Both the position numbers and the translations under genes were made by a program. A stretch of DNA of 64,000 nt from Octopus bimaculoides. Its lineage: Eukaryota. Of the stretch, positions 26,076-40,200 are shown in pieces (position 1 is the first letter of the stretch; each line of letters opens with the position of its first letter). The stretch lies in the NCBI RefSeq assembly GCF_001194135.2, contig NC_068992.1, positions 44,554,971 to 44,618,970 on the forward strand, given 5' to 3'. The notes under the pieces are model-generated. The model did no database searches, was not told the DNA's origin, and saw only the letters and a list, made by a program, of their open reading frames with translations.

Positions 26076-27390
26076 TGAATTCTAATTTATTCGTCTCCCC
26101 TTTTCTCCACATCTATATTATATTTACCTGAAATTTAGTACTCACCAGTCTCTGAGTCCTTTCTTCGCAGAAATCCAATCCTCTAGAATTTGCTTTGTAT
26201 TAATTTCAGTTTAATTCCAGCTTGCAGTCTGCTTCATTCCAAACTTATGGATGATTACAACGTCCTTGCAAACAATATTGAATTGTCTATTGACAAGAGA
26301 AGATAACCATATAACATTAAAAATCTTGGAGCTAATAAAAATGCTAGCTTTAATATTACACATATGTTGTGTAAATGTGTAAGTCAAGTATATCACATGT
26401 TTAGATCGATCAGAATGAAGCTTAATCTAGAATGACAGAATCTGAAAGGATAAAAAGTAAGAAACTAATTGTATGAGCAGCAGATATGGGAGTATTCTGT
26501 CGAAAAATCATTTATATTCTCTCTAAAAGAAAGTAAAATAGAAATAACTAGAAAGTCAACATGACCGCTTCTATCTAATAGTTAGGTTCACATCAACTTC
26601 TGTCGTTAAAAATCAATACTTAACAATATTTCTTCATTGCTTGGACGAAAAAGAGTAGGTTCAACTATGTAATTGGTCGGTGAAGACCTCAGTTTCGAGC
26701 AGGTTAATAATCACAGCTGACATTACATAATTACTTGAAATGAAATATTTGGATCAAATATGCATTCTAACACGCTCACAGCGATGCCCTGTAGATTAAG
26801 TCACGTGACCTGCCTTTCACTTTCTCGACGGAGTTAAACATATTTGATTAAAAGCCCCCCTAAGCACCATTATTGGCCTACCAATATACGAAGGCTGCAT
26901 TAATAGAGGCTGCTATTTTGATTTACTGGCATAAAAAATTAGATTTCAGCCCCACCACTGCCATATACACACATACACACGCAAAAATACACAAATCTAC
27001 GTACACAAGCAAACGCACTCTCATTCGCATACATATTAACACTTACACACATACACAAATTAACACTTACACACATACACACATACAATTACATGAATTG
27101 GTATCACATTCCGAACAACTATCAAAGTTCTTATAGATAAGCTTAAGGATTGAAGAGAGGCGAGCACCATGGAGTTTATTCTGTCAGTGAATGGAGGAGG
27201 TAAAGAAGAGGGGAGGAGGAGGAGCGGTAGCTTTGAATTTGACAAGTTATCCTTGACTAGTGATATTGATGAGTTTGATGTTCAATCTGAACTTAGATCA
27301 ATGTTTACAGGAAGAATGATGTGGATATTCCAGGGGTGGGAGGAAAATGGTCAGATGGTTTCCGGATTCTGAAATAAAAAGTAAACACAG

Positions 27391-27425
<35 letters not shown>

Positions 27426-27489
27426 GAGTGTGTATGCGTGTGATAGAGAGAGAGCGAGAGAGAGAGATAGAGAGAGAGAGAGGGGGGGA

Positions 27490-27925
27490 GAGAGAGAATG
27501 CCATTTCAGTCGAACATTTCCATTCAGTAATAGACTGGTGCATATCAAAAAGGTATTTTTGCTCAGTGCTGAGATCATTTCTGTCGACTGATGGTAAGTC
27601 CGTTGGAATCTGATTAAATTTCCCAACACTTAGTATTTCACGTCATTCCAGTCTCTTACCAATCGGCCCAAAAAATCCACGGGGCCCGGTAGTTCTTCCG
27701 TCGAGATCTTTAATAAGATGGCGTAAGGGAAGCTCATTTGCATGGAGCTGACACACAAGCCAATGCAATGGCTTATTTGGTGCCTCCATTTGGTCCTGTA
27801 TTGACTGCAGTACCATCGCAACCTATAATCCAAATAATTCAACAAACCATCGGAAATGGCTTTTGCAGGACCTGTTTTAACAGCAAAGTGCCCAAGATAG
27901 AAGGACTCAGGTTCTTCTATCATAT
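27490..27925 (-). mobile_element. decayed DDE DNA transposase fragment with CxxH motif (hAT-like)
   Basis: Three frames join as IEEPESFYLGH... / IGCDGTAVNTGPNGG / KPLHWLVCQLHANELPLRHLIKDLDGRTTGPRGFFGPIGKRL...DLSTEQKYLFD, the CDGTxVNTG...CxLHxNELPLRHL signature of a widespread invertebrate transposase family. Confidence 0.85.
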
Positions 27926-28329
27926 ATATATATATACATATATATAAACACACACACATATACATATATATATAAACACTCACACACACATATATTTAGT
28001 TTAGGTGAAATATGTTTGTCACATATTTCAAAATCTAAAGGCAAATACACAGCAGTTACTGTGGAGCAAAAATCTCTCTTATGGTAAAAAGGTGTGAAAA
28101 CACCCCGTTCGTTCAGTATCGCCCTCTCTCTGGAATCTCAGACATCGATGGTTCGAGTTTATTGACTCTTGTCGATGAGATGTACCGAAGAGATGATTCT
28201 CTAATACGATAATTATATATCATACATAAATGTGATGATATAGGACTCTATCAATCGAACCAACACTATCAGCCTGTGCGTCGAGAACAGTGTTAAAATC
28301 TCCTAATAAAACTAGAGTTTTTGACGTCA

Positions 28330-28912
28330 CTCAGTAGATCTCCAGGTCTCGGTAAAAAAACCAGCTGTTCTACACTCTTTATGAGCGTAGATAGCTACCA
28401 ACCCGAAGGACAGCTTTCTTACGTGTTGTCACATCCAAAACGACCAGCCCACCTTCTGAGTCCAGAAAGACTGTACTTACCTGCACGTCCAAGTTTTTTC
28501 TGAATAAGACCACTACGGCCCCGTCTCCCCCGCCGACTAGGAGAAATACATTTCTCGTAGTCATTTAGAAGAGGCGAGAACGCTTGTGACCCGTTCAGCC
28601 TGGACTCAGCCATAACACATGCATCAATGTCTCGTGACCTACGGTCGTTCAGGAGACATGTTTGTTTCCATATCGACTCCAGGCCACGTGCATTTATACA
28701 CCCTAACTTAATCTCCATTGTAAAAATTTAATTACATTTTAAGTTTGGGGAGGGGCTGCACAAATATGGCATCCTCCCCATCGTTTTCCTACTGCGGTGT
28801 AGCCGCTGAGCTAAACGTAAACCTTTTTCCTACCATCTCCTGGCTTACATCATAAATGTCCTTGGGGTATCTCTCTTTGAAATCTTGGAACAGCTCCGCA
28901 AACATTCTCGGT
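28330..28912 (-). mobile_element. decayed Tx1/L1-clade LINE: ORF1 end and ORF2 APE endonuclease start
   Basis: 28718 MEIKLGCINARGLES...DIDACVMAESR (N-terminal NxxGL and catalytic E), frameshift to GGDGAVVVLFRKNLD...DSEGGLVVLDV; upstream RMFAELFQDFKERYPKDIYDVSQEMVG fits an ORF1 tail. Confidence 0.85.
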
Positions 28913-29437
28913 AAAAAATTATCAATTAATAATTAAGGGTAACCTTAATTATTAATTGATATTTTTTTACACATGTTAAGCCACTGATGTTATTATAAGC
29001 AATAATATCCTCATAAATTTATATATATATATACGTATATATTATATGTATGTAAGTCTATCTATCTATATACCTACATGCATATAAAAAACATCCACTA
29101 CATATGTATATATATGTATAAACACATATGAGTATATATTTTCATTCATACATATAAACCATATTCTTATATACGTTTATGATACAATGATCTACGTAAC
29201 TGTACAACTAACACATAGCACACACTCATATATATATAAAAGCACATACAAAACACACACTCATACACACAGGATACACAACACAGTGGCTGTTGCACAT
29301 TGAAACACACACACACATATAGTCACACACGCAAGCTCTCTCATAAGCACATACACACACATTTATATTTGAATTCTTTCAAATACATACGCAAATAGAA
29401 AAATGTTCTTTGTATACATACATATATATTTGTATAT

Positions 29438-29439
<2 letters not shown>

Positions 29440-29480
<41 letters not shown>

Positions 29481-29543
29481 CAAAATAGACACAACACATA
29501 TACTTCACTTTTTCAAATATATACATAAATAGTCAGCTTTTTA

Positions 29544-29608
<65 letters not shown>
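29440..29608. repeat. (GT)n and (AT)n microsatellites
   Basis: Direct tandem repeats. Confidence 0.93.
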
Positions 29609-29612
<4 letters not shown>

Positions 29613-31056
29613 CTCTTTCTATCTCTCTCTGTCACACACGCACGCACATCTCCACACGCATATGTCTATCAGAACTAGTGATAGGATTTACAAGCTTGTG
29701 TAGTTTTTACTTTATGCAGTTTATAGATTGACAGCTGATATAGCTTCATCACATTTTAAAAGCTTTTCAAATATTACAGAATCTACCACTTGAAACGTGC
29801 ACCAGTTACTTCAGCACCGAACACCAACTAAATCAGCCACAAGCACAAATAGAACGAGTAAGATATGGAAGACAAGACATGATAAAATTAATAGACAAGA
29901 AAATACACGAGACTTGAAGAATATTGTAATGGAGAAATAAGTTGCATAAACATAGAAAGAAGGCAATTATTTGATATGTCTATCTTAGCAGATTGGATAC
30001 GACTGAAGAGAACACGTTGAAACTGATTAATCGGATGGAGTAAATCATAGGTTTGAACAGCTTCAAGTTAATGGCGCTTGGCAGGCTGAAGATATTCTAT
30101 AATGGATGATTCTTTTTCACAACGTCTTTTTATGGTAGCTGAAGGACATCGTTGCAAATTATGCTACTGTGGCATTAGATTACTACAGAATTAGCAGAGC
30201 GACGGATTAAATGCGTTTAAGTTTTGAAGTCTTGTTGTTTTACATTCTAGGTTCGAATCCTACTGACGACTTTTACCCACAGAGCTCTGGAATCACGATA
30301 AAATTCTTTAGGTAAATATATGGGGAACGATTAGTGGGCTATCTCTTTCTGTGCCAAACCATATCATAATTTCGAAAACTGACACACAACTTTCCCGCAA
30401 AATTTGATTAGAATATAAATGAATCATGTTTTTTTTTTTATTGAAGGCAAATTTAATAATTTTTTATTGATAAGATGATGGAAGAGTGGATCTAAGCACT
30501 CCTTGATGTTAGATAGAATAAAGAAATTATGAAATGGAAGTGTAACTAGGTTATAAATTATGCTAGAATATGGTTAAATGTAATATTTGTGTGTGTGTGT
30601 GTGTGTGTCAATGTGATGGTGTGTGACTGTGTGTATGTGTGCGTTGTGTTTATGGTAAAATATTTGAAACTGATGTTACAATACATTGAATAAGATTCGG
30701 GGAAATAAGTTCGTGAGAAATATCACTGAAAAGAATTATTCGTTTTATGAGGAATTTATGTATAAAATGAGAAACGACTTTGGTGATCCTTTTATGAAAT
30801 CTGAGAAATCATGAAGCATCACATAACATTCTTAGAAAAGCTTGAATAAAATTTTCTATAACTGAAGCTTACAGAAACAAATAGAACGTTGCGAAGATGA
30901 TCTTATTCATTATTTGTGAAAAGAATTATAATTTTCTTTTGATTTTCTTTTCTTTTCTATTTATAAAATAGAAGGAAATTGCATTTCACTGGGGAGAGCA
31001 GATAAAACAGTAAATATTTTATCAATTGTTTATTTTCTTTTTCTTTATTTAGACCC

Positions 31057-31830
31057 TTATCGTTGTCCATAAAACAACGAAAAAAACATTTTCCCCATGT
31101 CAGCAAGATTACAATAAAGGAATATCTTTCCATATTGAAATAGAATTAATAGCAAAGAAATAGAAATTATTTTCCCTAACAAGAGCAATTTATAATCCAA
31201 TAATGTCGATAATTTCACTTCATTCAGGATATTTCTTTCTCTCATAAAAGAAGCTTCAAATTAAATTCTGTGAAAGGTAGACCACCATTTTAAATTTCTG
31301 TTCAACTGATGACAGTCACCAAATGTTTACTTTTCATACGTAATTAACAGTTTCAAAACGATATAAAGATCAATATAAGAAATTTCATCCTTCGGTTTAT
31401 TTTTGAAATAGTTTCATTTTTCAGTTCTCATCAATTCTATTATTCTGTTTTGAGTCATAAAAGTGGAAATTACGTTTTCTATTTCTGTCAAGATATTATA
31501 TCTATTTTTTAAAACCACAACAATGGCAGAAAAGTGATTGTCTTTTGGAAGTCTCGTTAATAAAGAGTTTAGTTTGTTTTTAATTTCAATTTTAGAATCT
31601 GTGATTTTTCTTTCCAGAATACGAAGTAGATCGTTTGGCAATTGCAACGAGTTTCATTGAGATTTATATTTCATCAACAACTGCTGCTGTTGGTTTCATG
31701 TCATCCGTGCTTTAATATCAATAAGCTCCAGTGCACGTAGCCTTGAAATTGCATCAATTATGTTACATAGAGTAACATTGCAGTATTTTGTTTCGTTTCG
31801 CCATGCCTTGCAGTTAACCTGATTGGTAAA
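31057..31830 (-). pseudogene. stop-depleted reading frame with LRR-like motifs
   Basis: 258 codons in one frame with 5 internal stops, joining ORFs 31414-31647 and 31057-31245; motifs NSLQLPNDLL, NSLLTRLPKDNHF, LKNRYNILTEI, MTQNRIIEL, DEISYID. Confidence 0.35.
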
Positions 31831-31844
31831 CTACCTTGTAATAT

Positions 31845-32038
31845 TGGTTTCAAATTTTGGCACTAGGCCAGCGATTTCGGGGGACGTTGTAAGTCGATAC
31901 ATCGACTCCAGTACTCAACTGGTACTTATCTTATCGACTGCGAAAAGATGAAAGCAAAGTCGACCTCGGTGGAATTTGAACTCAGAACATAAAGATTGGC
32001 GAAATGCCGCCAAGCATTTTGATTGCCACCTTAAACTA
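31845..32038 (-). mobile_element. SINE family A
   Basis: ggtttcaaattttggcactaggcc...cagtactcaactggtactt...gcaaagtcgacctcggtggaatttgaactcagaac. Confidence 0.88.
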
Positions 32039-35027
32039 CCTTGCTATTGCCACAGAAAAGATCTCTGTCTTTATTTGTCCATCCCTTTCATTTGCGCTTC
32101 TGTACTTGTAAACTTTATCCCTCTGTATATATTTACCACACACTCCGTGAATATGTATATTGCTCACGCTTAGAGTATCTGTTTTTGCGTGTCTGTGCAT
32201 GTGTGCACGCGCACGCGCGTGTGCGTGTATGTAAGAAATTTCATTGTGTTATATGCTTAAGGAAATAGATTAGTTAAAGTGTTAGACAGGATAGGGAAGA
32301 AATCATGTAATGTCTCTTCCGACTCTTTGAATTTCGATGTCGCTGTTGTAGAGCGGTATCGCCGGTGATTACTTTGGGTGAATATCAATGGAAAGGAAAA
32401 ACTTGAAAGCACGCACAGGCAATTGTTAGCCTCTTCAAAAAGACAATCTTGCGAACCGTTTCTTTTGCAGTGGAACAATATCTGGAACCAGGTAGCAGTT
32501 GTGCAACGAAAATTTTGCTGCTGCATGAAATACAAATTTAACCTTAATTTAGCAGTTTTGTGTGTTATTGAATAGTTGCTCCGAAAATGTAGGGAAATAT
32601 TGGTTAGGATCTGTACAAATTTATATCACTGAAATCATTCCGTCTTTGTTCAGATGCTAATAATACATACATTTTTACGTTGCTGAGCGTTCGTATGTCA
32701 AACTTAGAGGAAGAATCCATCATACAGGTATGCATACATACACACATGCACGTACGCACTTACGCATTTAGACACAAACATATACACACACAAGTATGCA
32801 TACATATATACATGCATACATATAGGTGTATGTGTTTTTTGTGTGTATGTAAAACGAAATATGAGTTTCTCTTTCAATTTCTTTTATTTCTTTCTATAGA
32901 TCAAGGGTTGTTCAAACATACATCTGTCATGTACTCTGACTGACTGGTCCACCACACTTCAGTTTTGAAAGTAAAAAAAAATGCAGGAAAAGCATGATGT
33001 GAAGAAAATAGTTTCCTTTGAGAAAAAGCTACTCGATATTGTAAACATAACAAATGACAAACATATACATTATTGCTTTAAGAAGAATGTCAGCGCACTG
33101 ATTGATATCTGTAGCTATACTGGAACTTAGAGCAGTTAATATTACTCTGCTTTTTAAAAATGCGCAAGTTTGACATCTACGTATTTAAAGGGAAAAATAA
33201 AACTTCCAGACAAAAATGATCTGAAAGCAGTGTGGAATTTATTTTTTCTAGAATTTTAAATTAAGAAGTGAAAGTATTGAAACTGTTGCAGTAATATTAT
33301 TTTTCAGCCTATTTACCGGAAATGTTTACAATATATATATATTTATTTACATTACGTTTCAATCAGTTTGATCTCCAATCGTAAAGTATTCGATTTTGGT
33401 TAAGCACATTGTTTTAGACTGAAACTGAAAGAAATGTCTTCATTTCAAAATTAATGATACCAAACTTGGCATCCACTAAACCACCGATTCTGTATAATTA
33501 CCTCCCTTTAACTTATACTTTAGAGGGAAAGGCACTGCCATGTGTCATCACGTTGATTATTGCTACAAAGAACAAAGAAATGGTAGAAAATCAGCATATT
33601 TGAACTGAAACTATACTGCATTAGACTGCTGTGAAGCAAAGTAGTAATTCACACAAGCATAACTGTCGTTATATTAATATCAAGTGTAATTTTTTTCTAG
33701 TTTGATATATTTTATTAGTGTTTACAGTGTCAACGAAACGATATCTGGATCTCTGGATGAGAATTTGGTGCTATTTACCAATAAATTCTGGTAATTTTCT
33801 TTAAACTTCTATTAATCATATTATAATTGGTAGAATTCTATCGACCCTTGACATATAAAAGATCAAAATTGTTTCATTAAAATAAGAACTTAAAACTCAG
33901 AGAGTCGAAACTAGATGCTGGAAAGACATTTGCCAGATATCAGGACCTCCGTGATTAAAAAGTAAAATAAATGCTATAGAAATTTCAACGAAAATCATGA
34001 AAATAGAAATTAAAAAGAGCTCTAATACAAGACAATGTGGTAAGTTGAGGTGATAGAAAGCATTAATTTATGTCAATAACTGAATAATATAGTCGTAGAA
34101 GCACGAAGTACAATAGCCAGACTGGTAAAATATAAAATAACATGAAGAGAATTAGAAAATACAAAATAAGAATATAAGATATTCAAAGATGTTCAAAGTG
34201 AAAAAATTTAAATATCACCGAGAAAAAAAAATGGAACAAAAGGAAGTTGAAATTAGATGAGATCACGAGTTAGGAGAGATAAGGAAAACGAAAAGAAAAA
34301 AATCTGAGACGAATGAAAAATCACCAAAATAAAGAAATGTTAAAAAATACAATATTTTATGTAAAATAAAATCTTTTAAGTCTGTAAAAAAATTCATCAA
34401 AACCTTACACCCCACCACATTCCATCAAAAAATGAAAATTGACAAGAAGATTTGTAGAACTTTGGTAAGAGGCCAGTGGAATTGAAATATCACAAATTAT
34501 ACAACTTAACGAAAAGTTTAAAAAAAAAAATCGCTTTATTCCTCAACGAAATTCGAATAAATTTTGAAAACGAGGTAGAAGCCGAATGGAGTACATACAT
34601 TTAAAGAGGATAACATTTGATATTTGTAGCTTAAATAATCAATTTGTCTAACATACATTTTTGAAGATCTAGTAAACCCAAAACCAAGATTTCTTAAATA
34701 TGCTAAATAATGATAACATACCAGGTGGGTGTATCAATAAAATAAACATTATTATGTCATGTCTGGGGTGAGTCATTCTCTTTTGGTGCCTTATAATTTA
34801 ACACACTCACCAGTAATACACTTATTTCTTTTATAATTTTCTAAAATTTTCGTTGCGTCTTGCAACCTTTTCAATAGTTTCGACTCTGTCCGTTACTCAC
34901 ACTTCCCCTACACTAAATAGGAAATATACATAGTAGATATAATACCCCCATACCCACAGTTTACACAAGTAGAGTGGAATAGTTAGTGGGCTGTTATGTA
35001 GATAGATGTATCTATGTGTATATGTGG

Positions 35028-35029
<2 letters not shown>

Positions 35030-35115
<86 letters not shown>
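35030..35115. repeat. (AT)n microsatellite
   Basis: Direct tandem repeat; source of ORF 34897-35352. Confidence 0.97.
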
Positions 35116-35121
<6 letters not shown>

Positions 35122-35659
35122 AGGTAGGTAGATGTATGTATGTGTGTGGGTGTGGGTGTATGAATATATATATGTATATGCACATGTACGCAAGCATATA
35201 GACATGAATGTAAACAGATCAACATACAGACGGATAGTTAGATAGGTTATATGAACAAACAAGCAGACATACGCAAATAAAGACTGAAACACATGACCAT
35301 ATACACACACACACATACACTTTACTTCACACAAGGACATATATGGAGACACACGTCCATGTTAGGCATGTACCATAAGATCTCCCATTGCCAAAATCCA
35401 CCGGCCAAGTACACAAAGTGTACTTCCTCTCTACCGCAGAAGTATGCTGTTCTACATTGCCAGGTCCTTCGTCACTTACACTACTCGTGCTGTAGCCATT
35501 GGAAGTCATTGTAACACTCACACACACAAACACACAGACGCTTAGATGATGGATCACCCTTTTACTAACCAGTTAGCTTCCAGTTTTCGACGAGAAGCAA
35601 GTGCACGAACACAGACACACAATATTGTATGACAAACACATTCCTGCGTCCACAACATA

Positions 35660-35709
<50 letters not shown>

Positions 35710-36862
35710 TACACACCCACACGCGCGCACACCCACACACACGCGCACCCCTCCACACACAGAGTAATCAACTATCAATTTATATATAACGAAGTTAGTT
35801 TCTTTTCTATTTTCTAGGAAGGAATTCCATAGTTGCTACGTTAACTATAGTCAATGTCGAAATATTCTATTTATTTCTTGCCCTGCACGTTTATTCTATA
35901 TCATTATATATCGAGTATGAAGGAACGCAAACTGTCCTGATAGAAAATTGCTTCACAATCTCGATACATTAGAAAGGAAAAATAACTTTTTTGATAAAAT
36001 CAAAATAGTTATTCATGCAAATGGCTAGAGAACGGAAATTGAGGTAAACAAAAGCTACAGTGTGAAATGACTTTCGTCATAAACCAATTACTGATAGAGA
36101 AACACATAATAGAGATATGCAACTACGAAAAAGCAACAAGAAGGCCTAAGAATCTCCCATTATTTATTCACGTATAATATAATATATTTCTAAAGCAAGA
36201 GGGAGATTATCTTGCCTGGATGGAAATACAGTTATCAGACAGACACCTCTATATACAGTTTCGTGTGTTTTACCAATTACTCCTGTTTTAATGTTTGGTA
36301 TACATAGACTGGATATTCTGATAGAGCATCATAACGTCTACCACTGCGACCATTAATCCATTGTAGCTAAGCAACGTCTTTAGCTGAAATGGAATGATAG
36401 TGCATAGTCACAGTATGCGAAACCAAATCTCAGCTGGCAGGTGAATGAAGAGGCAGTGATTGTAAGTGGCACACTAAATTACAGTAGAGTCTCAGAGACT
36501 AAAAGTTTTCGAGTGACAGATACTGTATACTACTTTATACATCTCCGCGAAATAAATCTCTACAATATACACTTTCATTCCACAATACGCGCATCCTCCA
36601 TATTATACACTCCTACCACACTACTTCCCTACACTCTACCTCTTCTCCACTATACCCCAATTTATCCAACCCTCCATTACACTCTACACCCTCTCCCTCT
36701 ATTTCATTACAGCTTAACACCGTAAACAAAAGTTCATGAAGAATGCTGTCTACGTCGACTCACCTTAATGGAATATCACTAAAGTCCCAACCCTAAATTG
36801 GAAATCACACAACTCACTGTATTTGTACTTAAATCTGTTATTAACCTATAGCATTTGACAGA

Positions 36863-37044
36863 AGGCCAGAATTTTTGCGGGAGAGGGTAAATTGACCCTA
36901 GCACTCAACTGGTTCTCACTTTATCAAGCCCAAAAGGATGAGAGGCAAAGTAGCCTTCTGAGGAATTTTAACTCAGAACGTGACGACGTACGAAATGCTG
37001 TATTTTGCCCGGTGTTCTAACGATTCAGCTAAGTCACCACCTTA
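36863..37044 (-). mobile_element. SINE family A, diverged
   Basis: ggccagaattt...actcaactgg...aaaggatgagaggcaaagt...aactcagaacg...ctaacgattcagctaagtcaccacc. Confidence 0.8.
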
Positions 37045-37139
37045 TGTGTCAATAATAGTTACATAGAGATTCCTTAGACTATTAATAGCTATAAATGATA
37101 TAACCTGTTTCATTAATAGTCATGAACATACTCTATGAG

Positions 37140-37208
37140 TTTGTGAGTTCGATTCCTGGAGAGGGATGTATATTGTGTTCTTGAGTAAGACACTTTATTT
37201 CACGTTGA
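37140..37208 (+). mobile_element. tRNA-type SINE head fragment (probably family D)
   Basis: gagttcgattcc B-box followed by tgtgttcttgagtaagacactttatttcacgttg. Confidence 0.55.
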
Positions 37209-40200
37209 TTGTAAGTAAAATATTTCCTCCTCTAGGATAATACACCAGTCTATTCTAGGTAAAACTTATAGATTCGTTTACACTGCAAAATGAATTAAGG
37301 CATGAAGAGCCAAGTAATTTGACAGAAACCAAGTGAAATGTATGAAGGTGTTTTGAACTTGTGACCTGTGAACAAGAAGTTCAATAAATTAATCTAATCT
37401 ACTCTGCCAGTCTAATTAAACTCCCGTACCTTCTCAGGCGAAGGGAATCGAAACTATTACTGAATCTCTATCAGAGAATACATCTCGTTCTGCCCTGACA
37501 ACTTCATGACTCTAAATTGAATCAATATGATATAAAAGTTTAACTGTTGATTTTTCGTAAAAGATGTTTGTTTTTACTTCATCATTTAAAAGTCATCAAG
37601 GTTTTGAGAAATAATTTAAAACTTTAAATAGACACAATGGAAACTATCGATTATTTGGCGATCAAAAGCCAAGCACTGAAGATGAAAATTCCAATTTTAA
37701 TATTCTTTCATAAAACTAATCCTAATTTTGAATTTAAAACATATTGGACCTCAGTAAAAATTTATTTACATTTTTTTATGGCTAAGAATAAGGAATTTAT
37801 TAAATATGCATATTCGCAATATATATTTGTATACCGCATAGTTATATGCACCCATACATGTGTGCATAAAATTTTATTTTAGTATTATGGTATTCCCAGC
37901 TTGTAAATTATTTAAAAATTATATCATTGGATCGATACTTGCTGATTTTTAACGAACATTGAAGAGTTTGAGGCAAATCGTAGATTTTGACTAGTTTTCG
38001 TTTCTTTGTTAGAGCTAATTTACTTGACTTGCACTAGTTTTTATGGCCATTAGAATGATATGGGAGTCATATCATTTAGGCTCTCATTTCTTTAAAATAT
38101 AGCGCTAGAAAAAGTTCGCTGCTTAGTTACAGATCAGACCTGATCAAGTAGAACTCTGATCAATGCCATTCTATCAAGAGATATATTGTCAAATGCGTCT
38201 TTATTAAGACGACAGACAATAATTTGAGGTAGATCGGTCAAGTTTTCTTCAGTGGGTTTTAAAACACAGCGAAGTAACATCAAGACCGATGATAATAACA
38301 AATCTGATGAAATGATGTAAAATCTGTTCCGAAATCAAATTTCTGTGCAAAGAATCAAATTACCAGAAAATACGTCACACGTTAGAAAATTGGATCAAGA
38401 GATAATAGGACATTGTTACAAAGAAACATGAACGAGATAATATTTAATTCAATGAAGATAGACTGATCTAGAGTAGAAATTTTCTTGACGATAACAAAGA
38501 AAGATATTATCACTTTCTATCTCTCGAAATCTATTATTTGATATTCAGACAAAAAGAAAAATCTGTTGCAAAGTACAGTTATAAGAAGGCACATCCGTCC
38601 ATTTGAAGCGCATATAATTCGGTAGCATGTACCATGATTTCATTATTTGTTTGAGGTACTTATGTAGTTACATAGACATCTCCTCAGCCCTCTCAGTAAG
38701 GAGTAGGAAAGAAAAACTGAGTTTTTGGTTTGAAAGCGTGCAGTCTCGGCGAAGATTTGAACTAAAAATATTAATTGCTAACCTGGTAAATATTCGTTCG
38801 CTAAACTACATCTCTACATTTCAGATGCTTTTATGATAATATCACATCAGTGACGGAGTTGACAGTCTACAACGGGTTTCAGAAGGAAGATATCAAAATT
38901 CTGTTGTCTCTGGAGTGAGAAATACTGGGTAGCGTTAGGTAGTTTGCATACAGCGCCGATACGATGTTACTGAAATTTGAAAGCCTTTCCTATTATTTTG
39001 GGACTTTCCGACCATCATGCTAAATGACAAAACATTGTTAGTTGTCCTCAGTAATACCGCCATCTGTTGTTGCAGTCCCTTCCTTTTAGTAGCATACTGA
39101 GTATGCTGAAACCATGATGCAGTGTGCATCATTGAGGCATATTGATTCCTGAAATGATTGTATGGCAATTCCTATTTGGTTACTTACCGAGCTTGAATAC
39201 AAGCAAAGGAGCAGTCAGTAGTTTATTTCTTATCAACTTATTGCATTCAATCCTTGTTTACCTTTCTGTAAGGCGGCCCTGTGGTCCTTATAGCTCACTG
39301 CTGTTTATCAGAAGTAACAAGCAGGATTGATGATCAAGGAAAGTTATCTGCTATAGATACACATCTTATCCAAAAGAACTCTACCGAAAAAAATGTAGGT
39401 TAGTTTGTTTTGCTAACGAGTATAAACAGTGAAACTATCTGCATTAGTCTTTAAGACTGAAAACCATGTTTTATTTCAGTAAAACACGAATATGTAAGTG
39501 TAAATATATAAAAACAGAAATATTTAGTGAGAAATAACGACAGTTAAACTCAGAATATCCAGTTTTATATCATAAAACACCCAGTATCAGCAATATAGAG
39601 AGTTAGTGTGTAATAAAATGGGAAAATATATGCAACAGAATTTGAAGTTATTAAGAAAGTATTTCCTGAAATATTTTCTTGAAGGCAACTAAATTATATA
39701 TAAACTGAATTATAGATACATAAATAATATAAAAGTCTCAATTGAGGAATATTTTACTGGAGATGTTGTGATTTATTGCAAGACTAATTATCTAGAGAAA
39801 CTCTATTTAGAAACTCTCAGTGTAAAGAAATATTTTCTTGAGATTAGAGAAGGTAAAATATATTTTTTTAACAGTTGGCAGAATAATATTCTTCTTTTAT
39901 TATCAATTCTTATTTATTTTGGATCACATATTGAACTTATAATATTCTAATTAATGGTACAGACAGGCAATTTATTTATAGAGCAAGTAAGTTTTGATAT
40001 CTTGACTCAAATGGAACAGGAAATATAACCCTAAGTAGTTATGCTGGCTGAAATCATATCAATCGTTAGATATGACGATTCATATAATAGAACATTATAA
40101 AGTCACCCAATAAAATGCTAAGATTCTTACTTCTGCCAGGAAAACGATTCTGCATAAAGTCTGTAATATTTTGTGTCACACATACGAGGTGCGGGAATTT

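Noticed and set aside
35340-35515. GC-richer block with 73-76 aa ORFs on both strands
   Set aside because: No recognisable domain; probably an unidentified repeat fragment.
38880-39170. Possible C-type lectin remnant (QCFVI...GAVCKLP)
   Set aside because: Needs several stops and a frameshift; lacks the WxDxxC motif.
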